Shown here one piece after another: positions 50,101 through 63,322 of a DNA stretch of 64,000 nucleotides. The position numbers and the translations under genes were made by a program. A model generated the notes under the pieces. It saw only the letters and a program-made list of their open reading frames with translations. It was not told the DNA's origin and did not search any database. Source of the DNA: Euglena gracilis. Taxonomy: Eukaryota. The stretch is taken from NCBI GenBank assembly GCA_039621445.1, contig CP154954.1, forward strand, positions 48,091,847 through 48,155,846, written 5' to 3'. The first letter of the stretch is position 1. Every line of letters starts with the position of its first letter.

Positions 50101-53100
50101 CGGCCGTGGCTTCCAACAACCAACCCCTCAGGGACGGGCAATGCAGGGCCCGCTTGATGGGAGGGGCGGGCATGGGCAGCGCGGACTGCCCAGCCAGCGG
50201 CGGTCACGGTCCGCAACGAGCGGCTGGAGGCGGAGGCGGGGCGGCTGCAGCTCGAAGTGGGGGCGCTGGGGCAGGACCAGACCCGGCTGCGGGAGGAGCT
50301 GGCGGCCCACCAGCACATCACTGCGCCCAGCCCCGGTTCGGCTGTCCTCCCCCGCCATTGCCCTTTGCCCCTCCCCCCGCTGGGGGTTACCACTCAGCAA
50401 AGTTGATGAGCAGGTCGTGACAAATGAACCGCTGGTGGCTGTATGGGACGGGGGGAAATCGCTGCAGCGGAAGGGGAGCCACCTTTGATGATTCGGCTTC
50501 ATTTCGGATTGATTTTTGAGCAGGTTCGATTTCCGAGGTTGAAGTCTGCTTTGGGGAGGGGTCACCCTTTTTTTTTATTCAGCCCAAGTTTTGCAGCACC
50601 AGATGGGATTTTCAGGAAGCGACACTTTGGTTGCACAAGGTCCCCAATTCCATCAGAGAGGAAGGCTGTCAGGGGCTTTGGGAGCCCAACCCCGCCTTCC
50701 GTCCACCTGCGCTGCCGGGAGCCCAGCAGGCGGTGTGGGACGAGTCCCGCAGCGCACTGGAGGCGCAGCGCGACGACGCCCGGGAGCAGTGTGTCGGGCT
50801 GCAGTCCGCACTGCACACGCGGTCCGCAGAGTGCCACCGGCTGCAGGAGACACCCACGGCCCGGGGGGGGGGGCTCAATGCCGCCATTCCGACCAGCCAA
50901 GGTTCGATGACGGAGGTGGCAGGCGTCCAACCTCGGCGTTGGCCACCTGTCTGCCGCCGGCGCCCCGGCCCGTGCCGGCACAGCGGGGCCTCGAGGGCGA
51001 GCTCGCCGCCACGCATGCGGAGCTGCACGCGCTGCAGGCTCACTGCCGGCACACGGAGCAGCGGGCGCTCGACGCCGCGCGGGACGCTGCAGCGTACCAG
51101 AGCCGGGTGCAGACCGCTGGGGAAGAGGCGCGAACGCTGCACGAGGAGATGGAGTGCGCGGCCCAGCCGGCTGTTGATGAGACCCCTGCCAAACGCAAGT
51201 CCCACAAAGGACTGCATCCCCCATCCCCCTCCTCCCCTATAATGGGTGTGTCAGTGAGGGGATGGACGCAAAGGCTGAAGCCAGATGCGAAGCCAATGGG
51301 AGGATTGCAATTCTGCGGTTGCCCTCTCGCCCCAAACTTCGTGATTCACAACGTGCTTCTAAATGTTCCCTCGAGGCGTGGGCCCATCAACGTGCCAACT
51401 TACTTTTTTTTTTGCATTTTCCTTCATGGGGTGTTCATTCTGTTCCTCCAGTGGGTGGCCCGTTTTTCAGGTGAATGCCCCCCCATGCGGCCGGCTGGGC
51501 TCGGCGGGGTTTGACCCAGCACGGGGTGCCGGGGCCTTGCTTTGTGCCAACGTTGTCATGAATGGCCACAGCGCCCCCCCCCCCCCCCTGTGCCGGCCGG
51601 CCTGCGGCCCCAGCGCTTCGGGAGCAGGCGGCGGCGCTGCACGCGGTGGCGGAGGAGCGCCAGGACCGCCTGGCCAGCGCGGCGGAGGAGTTGCGCAGCG
51701 CCCACGACCAGCTGCAGGCGATGGCGACGGCGAAGGCGTCCACCGTGGAGCGGCTGGAGGAGGAACTGGGGCAGCCCGGAGCCGGGGTCTGGCGCCGGTA
51801 ACATGTCGGTGGGCATCGAGTCAGGACAGACAGTAGTTCAACTCTTTTGTGGTACACAGCTGGTGTTTTTGATGTGCCATTTGGACACAGTGTACATCCA
51901 AGAAACGTTGACACTAAGAGCCTAAATTGTTAGAGGTCAAATTTCCTGTTTACTTTTGACTTTCCGGACCTGGGCTGGCTCCGTTGCACTGCGGCTTGAG
52001 CACGGCCAAGCCTTGCACCTCCAGAGCATATTTTGCCTGAGACATCTTAGCCAGCTCCCTCCTTTTCGGTGCTTCATCTGCCAGTCTGCCTTGCTACCGG
52101 ACCGACGGGATGTAGTTCTCAGAGGTGGGAATTCCTAATGCCATTCCACCACTTGCACAGAGCAACCGCCCGCCCGAGACCTCGACAGCTTGGGTTTTGG
52201 GTCCGACTGGAGCCTCTGATCGTGCTGGGGTGTCAGCGAATCGTTTTGATAGCCACTACCGACTTGCGCCCCCTTCCTCCCCCCCCTCAGGGGTGGCCCG
52301 GGGCTTGCGGGTGTGCGGCGGCTGGAGCACTGGGAGCAAGCAGAGCGGGGGCGGCTGGCGGTGGAGGAGCAGCTCGGGTGGTGTGGCGTGGCGGAGGGCT
52401 GGCAGCTGCTGGCAGCGCGGGCTCGGCAGGAGGCGCAGGTGGCGGGGCTGCAACACGCCATCGCCGACCTGCGCGAGGACCTGGCGAGGCCCCGCGCGTC
52501 TTTAGTCCTCGGTTTGCGTGGGCTGTGCCGGAGGTATTATCCACCTGTTTTCAGGCATGGGTGGAATGGGAGCAGCATTTGCGACTACACTTTTCTCGTG
52601 TGGATTCAAACAGAGAAAACACTTGTCACGCAAGCTCTCAAGCAAGAACGCCATTTGCATGCGCGGCACGTCTTTGCCTCCCCTGCCCTACCCCCCCCAA
52701 GCAGGGTTTGATATAAGGAGGGCGTACATGGTTTAGGTGGGGGGGGTGTCCCCCCCCCTCCTGGCCCGCAGGGGGGGGTCCGGACCCCCCCCACCTGCCA
52801 GGGGGGTCCGGACCGACCCTCGGGGGGGGTTCCCGGGACCCCCCCCAAAAAGGGTCAATTTTTTCCTCCGGCGCTTCGCGCCGAAATTTTTTTGCATTTT
52901 TGGCACATTTTTGCCCCAAAAGTGCCCAAAATGGCACTTTTGGTCGTTTTGGGGGGTCAAAAATTTTCGGCCCGGCGCGAAATTCGGCCACCCTGACCGC
53001 GCACCTGTTTAGGTGGGGGGGGGGTGTCCCCCCCACCGCCCCCCCTCCTGGCCCGCAGGGGGGGGGTCCGGACCACCCCCCCCCACCTGTCCTTATATCG

Positions 53101-56100
53101 AACCCTGCCCCCAAGCTTGTCTGAGCCAGGGCCTCCCCCCGGCCAAGGCGGAGGCGCTGCGGGCGGCGCTGGAGGGGCAGGCCAGCGCTCTGCGGGAGGC
53201 GGGGGAGGCCCAGCGCGCCGCCGCGGGGGACGCGCTGGCGGAGCTGCACCGCCGGCTGGATGTTGCTGCGCGGGACGGCGAGGCGGCTGCGGCGGCGCTG
53301 GCGGAGCTGCGGCAGAGCAACGGCCGCGCCCGGGGCGGTGCTGTCGCCCAACCCCCCCTCCCCCGGTTCGTGTCCACGGAGGGTGGGTTTGTGGTCCAGC
53401 CCGTTGTTTCCGGCCCTCGACTCCCGGACTGAAATCCGTCCCAAAATTTCACCACACTCGGTTGTTATTAATTGCCCACGTCGCCCAACGTTCACTCTTT
53501 TGAGCCGCACTGCACTGCGTTTCTTTGCAGTTTAAAACTGTATTTTTTTTAACACGGGGAACGCTGAGCGCAGCCCCGGCCCTCTCGTGGCAGAGGCCTC
53601 CGAGTTACAGTGCACTGTGGCGACCGCCATTCTGCTCGCTGGCAGGATTGGGTTCAAGCCTTCGCTCACCCCCACACCCCCACACCCACACACAGAGCCA
53701 AACGGCCCACACGACCCCTTTTGCAGTGTGTGCGAGTGCACAGACCTTTATGCAACTAACGGGCATCGTTTTGAAGGGCAGAAAGTCAGACCATCTGTGC
53801 ATATGCGTTTTGGCCCACAATCGACTGCTTGATTTTCTTGACGCTCCATCCCCTTCAAAAAGTCTGAAGAAACCTCTTGAGTGGCATTCTGGGACGCTCT
53901 GCGGCTTGTACAATGTACTGTGACAGCAGGGTCTTTCTTCCTGGAGGGGACCTTACCCCCCGGAGGGGGTCCAGCCAGCCATCACTTTTTTTTCCAGCCG
54001 GCACCCCCCGTGGCCTGCTGAAACAAAAGTTGGGTCCAGCCTGGCGAAGCAGGGCAGGAAAAAAAATTTCGGCGCAAGTGCGGGAAGTTTTTGAAAATGG
54101 GGTCAAAATGGCCAGAAATGGCCATTTTGACCTCCTAATTTGGCCGAAAAATGCACACCCAGATGGATTTGGGCTTTGTAGGGCATTTTTTTGGGTCCAA
54201 CTGTCTGCCGGCCGGCCGGAATCAGAGGCGGGGGTCCAGCCAGCACCTTTTTGCAGCCGGCCCACAGGACCCCTCAGTGACCCTATAATACAACCCCCCC
54301 CCCCCCCCAAAGTGGGTGTGGGGCCCCCACAGCCACGCCATTGGGGGCCCCATATGGGGTGGGTGTGCCCGGTCCCAAAAAAAAAACCTTCCCCCCCTCT
54401 TGACGGTGGCCGCCGGGTGGCGGGCCCGCAGCTGTTGGAGGAGGGCCGGCAGGCGGCGGAGGCGGCCGCGCTGCGGGACCAGCGGGACGCCGCCGCGGCG
54501 GAGGAGCGGGCGGCGCTGCAGAGCCGGCTGGCGGCCCTCGAGGCGCAGCACACCGCCGCCCTGCGAGAGCTGGCGTCGCCCCAGGGTCCCCACAGGTGAC
54601 CGGGGGGGGGGGGGCGTGGCGTGCTGAACTTTCAGCCGGCGGGCTGGTGGGCGGCGGGATACTGCCATCCGTGGTCCCCTGCACCAACCGGCTTCATCGG
54701 AGGTGGTGTGATTGCGCAGCCGGATCGTCTGTGTCCCTACCATACGGACATGCAAGCAGGTGCCCCCAAAAAAGAGCCTTGGCCACCGCACTCATGATGC
54801 GGTTGCCAAGTCTTTTTCCTGCATTGTTTCAGCCAAGTCCAGGGATAGCTGAGAAGATTTTTTTCGGGGGGTATTGAGCATAGGGAGGTATAGATTTTTT
54901 TTGGAAGTCACCAGAGGGTTTCTGGCACCAGCCAATGATCGCCTCCAATATCTGCAGACTGAATTTGAAGTGGTCACTACTGGGCAGTCCTCCGTTGGGC
55001 AAAGCTATGTATGCATTTTGGTGAGGAAGCTGAACCAACGCCATATGCTTGAGCAAGCAAAGGGAAGGTTAAAAACGTCATGGGATCGATGGGATGACAA
55101 ACTTCGAAGGAGGCTCGAGATTTGGGAACCTCGACAGCGTGCACATGGTGATCCATTCAAGGAGTCATGCGGGAATTCAACACCTTCCTCCTCCTTTTGT
55201 GGCTGGTCTGCGTGATTTTTGTCTATGTATTTCTTCATCATTTTTCTCCAGGGTGCCAGTGTGGAATTTCGATTTTTTTTTGTATTTTTGTGGTTGGGAT
55301 CAATCAGGCTTCTTTAGAGTCAAAAGAAACCTCCCTCGGGGTCCTGGTCTGGAGGCGAGGTGTAGGTTTCGGCGCGTAACGCCGAATTTTTTTTTGGGAA
55401 ATGGTCTCAGACGGCCCGATTTTTGGCCTCCCCCCCCTGGGGGGGGGACCGGGCTGGCTGGGCTGGGGGACCCCCCCGGGTCTGAACCCTGCTTGGGAGA
55501 ATCATCTGTAAGTGATTTTTTTGGTGCTTGTGTTCACATCAGATATTTAAGGGGCGTGGTGTGGGTCCGGATCCCCCCCTTCCCCTGGGGGTCCTTAAAA
55601 AACCTCTGGCTCATATGACGGAGCACTGTAGGCGAGAGGGAAGCAGCGATCCAGCGTGCCTCCGTTCTTGATGGCTGCGTGGGCCAGCCCACTGTGTCTT
55701 GCACCACATTCAGCACCTCAAAACCCAGCTCTGGCTGCACACTTCATGCACAGATCACCGCACACATACCCCACCCCCCCGACCCACACAACGTACACGC
55801 CATGCGCCTGGTGAAGGCGGGCACCCCATTCCCATGACACAGCTCGCTGACGCCAACGATGCACATGCCATGTGCCTCCGGTGGCTGCAGCACGCTGAGC
55901 AGGCTGGGCGCACCGCTCTGGGGACGGAAGAGCGGCTCGGCCGGACTGACGCGGAGCAGCGCCTCAGACGGGAGCTGCGGGAGCAGAAGGACCGCGCGGC
56001 GGACCAGTGCCGGAGGGCGGCGGACCGGTGCGCGGCGGAGGAGGCGGAGGGCCGCGTCGCGCTGATGCTGGAGTGCTGGCAGCCGGCCAACACCCCCCCC

Positions 56101-59100
56101 CCCCCAGTCCACATTCCAGCCACCCTCGGTGACAGAACAACCCCAGAAATGTCTGCGAGTTGCCAATTCCCCATCCCCAGAGACGACCTTCCAACCAGTG
56201 GTTGTTGTGTCTGGGCACAGGCTGAACTCAAAGTATTCGCCCACCTTGACTTTGGCAGACAAGCGTTGGTTCTCACTTTTTGGATGCCCAAGAAAGCGTG
56301 ATTTTTCTCATGTACTGATTTTGTTGTTTGCCTCCCGACAGGTCATCGCGCTGCCCATGGGGCAGGGATGGGTTCATGACGGGGTTTTGATTTTTTTGAC
56401 GCAGTGTCGGAGAAACCAGACTCTGGGTATGTCAAAAACTGTCAAAAAAATGTCGCGGAAATCAAGAAGGTGATTCCTAATTCAATGGGCCGCCCTTTCT
56501 GAGTGTCTATTTTTTCGCATAAAACATGGCGGACAAGTGAAATCCCCTGGTGGGGTCACAGTACCAAGTATCAAGTGTGAGCTTGCCCGTGGGCAGGGTC
56601 ACCCTTCTGTTGATTTGCCAGTGCCGGGGAGCCGGAGGCGATTGTCCCACTTCCTCTGCCGGGATTGGCTGCGGTGGGGATGCCGCTTGTCCTTGGAACC
56701 CCTCACCCTCCTCGGCCTAACGACCCCCCGTCGGAGGCCCTTCTTTTTGGTCCGAAAATGATGTCCAACGACCACCCCCCTGTCAGAGGACAGAGATTTC
56801 AGTCCTTGGACTTTGATTTGGTACGGATTTGTGAGGTTGGGAGTGGTTGGACGACGTGAGGGTGGGGCGGTGCGGGCAGCGGTGCAGTGGGGGCGGACGG
56901 CTTGGAGACTGCGGCGGGGTTGCAGGGGGAGGCGGCGGCGCTGCGGCGGGCGATGGACGTGGCGGAGAAGCGGCAAGGCCAGAGCGAGGGAGAGGCCGGC
57001 CAGGCCAGGCCCCCTTGCAGGGGAGTACACATGTGGGTTTTTTTGCCTTTTTTGATTCTGATCAAATTTGTCTTTTTTGCTTTTTTTGCCTTTTCCCCAA
57101 AAAAATTTTTATTCTTGTTTGGGAAGCAACATATTGTGGCCAAAGTTTGTTAAAACCAAATCTTCGCATTTTCTGTGCATATTGGCCCAAAAATGTGTAG
57201 TTTCAGAATCAGCCAATTCCCACCACCAATCTTAATGTTTACGTATTTGAAAAGATTTTACACCTAGGTCTGATTTTCTTTTTTTTTTGTGTGCCTTTTT
57301 TGCATTTTTCCCCCTTTTTTTGTGTCGCAATTTTGGAGTGTCCATACTTTCCTCATTCTTTCCCCCTGCCTCTTGTGGGGTCTATTGCCCATCCTCCCAC
57401 GAAGTGCGGGTACCTTCCAGAGTGGCCCCGCCTGAGGACGCCAAGCATGAGAAGCAGCTGGCGGAGGCCTCCCATCGGGCTGCGCTTGGGGTTGGGCCCA
57501 CCTTCCTGCCCTCACCCCCCCTCGTCTGTTTCTTGCTTTGTGACGTTTGCCATCACGCTTGGACGCACCCTGGGGGAGGTATGGGGACTTTCGGTCGCGG
57601 ATTCTCTGCGCATGTCACCCTCGTTTGGAGACATGCCCGACCCCTGCCTCAGCCCTTGTTGAACAGCTCCAGGTGGCCGTTGTGCAGCGTGATCGGTGGG
57701 CCCCTGGGGGGGAAGAGGAGCATTGGGGAGAAGCAACGGGGGGGGGGGGGGGGGGGGATCAAAAAGGACATGGTCTGCAGTGATGTAATTTGAATGGAGA
57801 CAGGGGGGCAATATGCAACTTGCATAATTTGCAATCTTTTGCATAATCAGTTTTTTTCCGAAATTTGCATTTTTTGCATTTTTTTTGCATTTTTTTGCAT
57901 AAAATATTTTGCCCTGGAAATTTTTTTGTAGTTGGTCGCCATGTCATGCTTTGTCTGGTGCCATTCATGTTGATTTTCAAAGTTTCGGTGCTTGCTATTG
58001 TCTTCCATGAGGTCAATCATTGACAGGCACACCGGCATTGTCACATGTTTACGGATTTTAGGCAGCAAACTCTGTTATATTCCAGCCTTTTCTCAGGGGT
58101 TTTACGCAAGTTGCATTTTTTGCATTTTTTTTGCATTTTTTGCATTTTTTTTGCGTTTTTCTGACTTGCATAATTTGAAGGGCCAAGTTGCATATCCCCC
58201 CCCCCTGATAGAGAGGACAAAAAAAAAAAAAAAAAAGCAGTCTGGCAATGCAGATTATTGGTATCTCAAACGGATATCGAAGCACTTCTCCAACACAAGA
58301 AACAGCCATGCAGAATTCCTGTCCCCCAATCAGGGTTTTTTTATGTTTGCCCCCCCGGGGGGGGGGGGGGGGGGTGGGGGGGGTGGGGCCGGCCGCCCCC
58401 CCCCCCCCCCCCCCGGGGGGTCCCCCCGGAGGGGGGTGGGATATACTTTTCGGCGCCGCAGGCGCCGAAAAAATTCTATTTTAGCATTTTTCGCATTTTT
58501 TTTTGTTTTTTTTTTTTCTGACATTTTTTTGTGGCCACCCGTGACCCCCCCCCCCCCCCCCCCCCCCCCCCGGGGGGCCCCCAGGGGTGGGTGGGGGGGG
58601 ACCCCCCCCTCCCCCCCCGGTCTTAAAAAAAACCCCTGCCCCCAATACCCACCCCCCTTGTGTGTGTTGTGGCGGGCCATGTGGTGGTGGTCGGGACAAC
58701 CCACGCTGCACGGCCAGCGGACCACCGGTGGGGACGCAGCGGAGAACCGGGCGGCAGCGCTGCAGGCGCAGCTCGAGACGCTGCAGGCCGCGGCCGGAGG
58801 GGCGGCGGCCGCCCGCGCAGCCCTAACCGAACAGCTCCAGCGGCTGGAGGAGGACCACACCCACGCCATTGCCTCCGAGCAATGTCAAGGTGCCATAGTC
58901 TGGGCATTCTTGTCTGGCCGCAGGCGGCAGTGGCCACCACCACGGACCAATTTCGGAGGTGTCGTGGCCAGCGGGGCACCTCCCACATTTTAACTCCCAG
59001 AAGGAGCCACCACCGGGGTCCCCACCGGCTGGCTCACAATGTCCTGCTCATCTCTTGCCAAAAGTCTTTCTGTCTGGCACGAGCCCCACTTGCACGGCGA

Positions 59101-62100
59101 TCGTGTGGCGTGAAGCAGGCGATGCAGGCGTGGCAGCAGCAGGCCGCAGTGGTGGAAGGGGAGCGGGCGGCGGCGGTGGCCGCTGAGAGTTCCGTGGCAT
59201 TGGGACGCCCCGTCGAGGACCTGTCTGTCTTTCTGTCTGCCTTCCTGTGCTGTCGAGGTTGCCTGCTGTTCGCACTGGCCGAGGTTTGGCTTGCCCCGGT
59301 CCATTGGCCTGGCCGACGTGTCACGTCCAGTCTCCGGTCCCCCCCCGGGCTCAATTCTCTGCCTTGGCTTCCGCGGCCAGCCACGGGACCCTCTCCCAGG
59401 CTGCAGTGTGCGGAGGGCGACCTCGAGGCCGCGCGGACCGAGGCGGCCTCCCTGGCAGTGGGGCACGCGGCAGCCGTGGCGGAGGCGCAGGTGCTGCGGG
59501 ACGGCCTCGACACGGCGGAGCTGGAGCTGGACCACCGGCGGGAGGAGGTGGCGAGGGTGGCGCGGGAGCTGCGGGCGGCACGGGACGGCTGCCTCACGCT
59601 GGAGGAGGAGCTCCTGGCCAGCCTTGGGCGAATCTGCCGGTGGGAAATCGCGGGCCAACCTTCTCTTCTGGACATACTCACTGTGCACGCCATGCCCGCC
59701 ATGCATTACCATTTTGAGGCTTATTGTTAAAACTTTTGCACTGCGGTCGGACAGTTTTGGGGAGCGGAGAGCTTTGTCTCTACACTGGCTTATGCGAGGG
59801 TGACAGTGGTACAACTTGGGCTGTCCTCCCGTTGCCACTGGCCCTCCTTTGGGTGCCGGGGAGGTTGCTGGGAACCTGCCGCCCACCAGTCGGGAGGGTC
59901 GCCCCGGGGTGCGCCGGACGTGTCGGGAGCAGCTGGCCGGCGCCGAGGCCCGTGCCCTAGAGCTGGAGCAACGTGTTGCCGCCCTCGAGGCTCGGGTCCT
60001 GGCCGCCCCCGGCCGAGCCAATGAGGGGAATGGGCACATGGCAGACGAACACCCACAAAATCCGGAAGCAGCTTCCCCCGTCATTGTTGAGAAGCCAGGC
60101 TCTTTGCTCTACCCTCTCTGCTTTGCCCCGCATGCACATCCACTGTTGCCAACAGCCTCACCCAGGAAGTTTTCTTGTGTGAGAGAAACAGTCCAAATAC
60201 TGACTTCAGTTAGATGCAAGGAGCGGGGTGTCCACTTAATTTGAGATACGTGCCAGGAAGGCCAGCGTGGTGGTGGATGTTGCATTCTTTTACACACACT
60301 CTGCACTCTCATGTCATCTCTGTCTTTCTCTCCCTGAAACTTAGGCGGCGCGAATTGCCCAACCAATTTTTGCGTTTTTTGGCGTTTTTTGGCTGTTTTA
60401 AAAATACCTAAAAGGGCAAAAAGGTTTGAGCTGAGAGGGGTGTGTGGCGGCTTTGGACCAAAATTTTATGAAAGTGGTTTTGCGCGGTATTCCGCTTAGC
60501 CGATTTCCGATTGCGTGTGAGTTGTGTGATTTGGGAGTGTACTGGAACTGTTTGAAATGGCTGAAAAACACTGACTTTGAATGGGTGTGGCATGGGGCTG
60601 TGTGTCCGTGGTTTATGTTAATAACAGTATCTGAGAGACGAGTGAACAATACAAGTGTGTGCGGATAACCGCGTAAAACGAAAGAAGAGGTGACAGACAA
60701 CGGAGTTAAACGTTTGGGCGGTAATCCGCGCACAATGCACTTGTACGCGGATAACCGCGTACAAGTGCAAACAATGCATGGTACCCGGATTACCGCGTAC
60801 AATAACACAAACAGTTGATGACTGGTGGGAGGGAATCCGCCTGGTATGTGTGTATACGTGTTGAGTGTAAGGCGACTGGGTGTAAGCGGGAATCCGTGTG
60901 GCCGGGTTAAGGGTAGCAGCGTTTGTGGACGATGGGATGGGGGGGGGAGATGGAAACCACCCTAGAAATGAAGCCTGTTGGTTTGTTGAAAAAGTTTTGC
61001 AACCCTACTTGTGACACCAGTCACAGGCGTGAATCTTTGCGGAGTACACCGACGACAGACTTTGTTGCCAGGTCGCCAGGCAGTTTGCAACTGAATGGCG
61101 TCTGGCGTGTTGTGGTGAGTCTGAGGGGTGGAGGTTTATGAAACCAGGGAGAGGAGATTGAACCAGCAGGGGTTGACCAACCGAGGACAGACGGCCAGCC
61201 CTTAAACTTGGGCACTCAGAGCAGGGGTGGTTTCAAAAAGAACCGGACACACTTGTGTCGAGAGTGGTTAGATGGATGGAAGCCAAATGCACCGGGTCAA
61301 ACATCGACCCGGCGTTGGTTGAGAACGACCGCCTTCTGGTTTACCCCCCCTCCCACACGGCTTCTGACGGTGGAGACCACCGTTGCCTCCTCCGGAGGCA
61401 TGTTGCCAACCCCGAAGGAAGAAGAGCCAGAAAAAAAGAGGTGGTTTGGGCATTTTGCCTGAAATTCAGCAAAAACTGCAGCTTTTCAAAGGAAAAATAC
61501 TGTAACACTGTTTCAAAAAACAATTGAAAAGGCCTTGATTTTCTCAGAACCTGGAGGACTTCTTCCGAAAACCCCCCGAAATTGTTCGACTGCTGCCACC
61601 AACTGCTGAAACAGGAGTTTCTCCGTCCATATCTTGAATCACTTCTTCGTCAGCCTTCCCCAAACCCTGATTTTGGGCCACCAAGACCGTTGGGTTCCAG
61701 GAGGAGGGCTCTGGGAGGTGCTTTTGTTCCTCCTGAGAAATCAACCTCAGTTTTTTGGCCGTTTTTCGGGACGGTAACAAAATATCTTCTCTACCGCAGC
61801 TTGCGCTATCTTCGCTACCGCAGGTGCTTGCTGTCACGGCGCAGCAGCCACAGCTCCCTTTCAACCTGTCCCGACCAACTGTCAAAAACGATGTCGCCAC
61901 ACGTCACCACTGACACCGACACTTTGGGACACCAAAACATCACAAAACACAACCCATCGCGACAGCAACAAGCTCCACGCGGGTTTCCGCCCAAACCTCA
62001 TCTGTGCGGAAACCCGCGCAAACTAAAAACGAAGTAGGCGGATAACCGCGCACTGCCATCGTTCAATAACGACCCAAAATCCCCTCCCTCTCCCCCAAAC

Positions 62101-62886
62101 CTGTTCATTAACAACTTCACGTGATGACCCACTTCTGGAGGTTTCAGCGTGTTCCCACTTCACGCTCCCACGTGTCATCCACAAACACGAACTGTTCTCT
62201 TTCTCAAAAACTTCTGCGCGGGTTTCCGCCTGAGAGATCATCACTTCTGTACGCGGTAAACCGCCTACCCTCATTTTTACCTTTATTCCCAGTCCAGTCC
62301 CCTCCATTAAGGCAACATCTCTTCATCACAAAAACTCATTTTGTGCGGTTTACCGCCTAAAACATCTCTTCCAAGAAATTATAGCATCTGTTGGGCAGCG
62401 TTGTCTGTTCACCTTCCCCGTCACTGGACATCGGCACTCATGAGATGTCCAAAAATGCGCGGGTTGCTTAAGCGGTTGCCTCTTCTTCACCTGCCACACC
62501 GTGTCACCCCCCCTCCAGAGGGGGGGTCCGACAGCAACGCCAAACAACCTGGGCTCCGGTGGCCAGGTGTTCTCCGGCTGTTTTCTGTTTTTCAAAATTT
62601 CAGGGCGTTCCAGGGGGGTGTTTTCCAAAACCCCCCCTAAAACGACCATAAATTCTCAATATCGACACTTTGTCAAAATGCTTAAAATGGACCCTTAACG
62701 ACCCAAATTTTCGTGCTGGTGCCATCCTCACAAAATTTCGAGCACATAACAGTGAGTTTCGTAAACGGAAACCCGCGCACCCCAAGCGTGCAAAAAATCG
62801 CAAAAAATTTGGGCAATTCGCGCCGCCTAAGTGAAACACGCGCGCGCACACACACACCACACACACGCACGCACGCACGCACGCAC

Positions 62887-62917
<31 letters not shown>

Positions 62918-63248
62918 CCCACGCACGCGGCCCGAGGAGAATTCGCTGGAGGAGAAGGAAACAAAAGACCACACACAAAACACGCCAGAGCAACAGAGAG
63001 AGTCCAGCCCCACGCACGTGCTGAGGCCACCTCAACTCACACAACAGAGAACACGAGACACGCACACGCACACGCAGAAGAGCGAGGAGAGAGACTCCTA
63101 ATCTCACGCAGAGACACACTTCCCACTCATCAGCAGACGAGAGAGAGGAGAGAGCGAGACGAGAGACCCCCCGAGAGAGACGCATGAGAGATACAGAGAT
63201 GAAGGAGAGAGAGCGAGAGAGAGAGATAGAGAGAGAGGGAGAGAGAGA

Positions 63249-63322
<74 letters not shown>

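Noticed and set aside
61208-62037. ORFs inside the 2.5 kb element as a transposase
   Set aside because: Short, with no recognisable DDE or zinc-finger motif.
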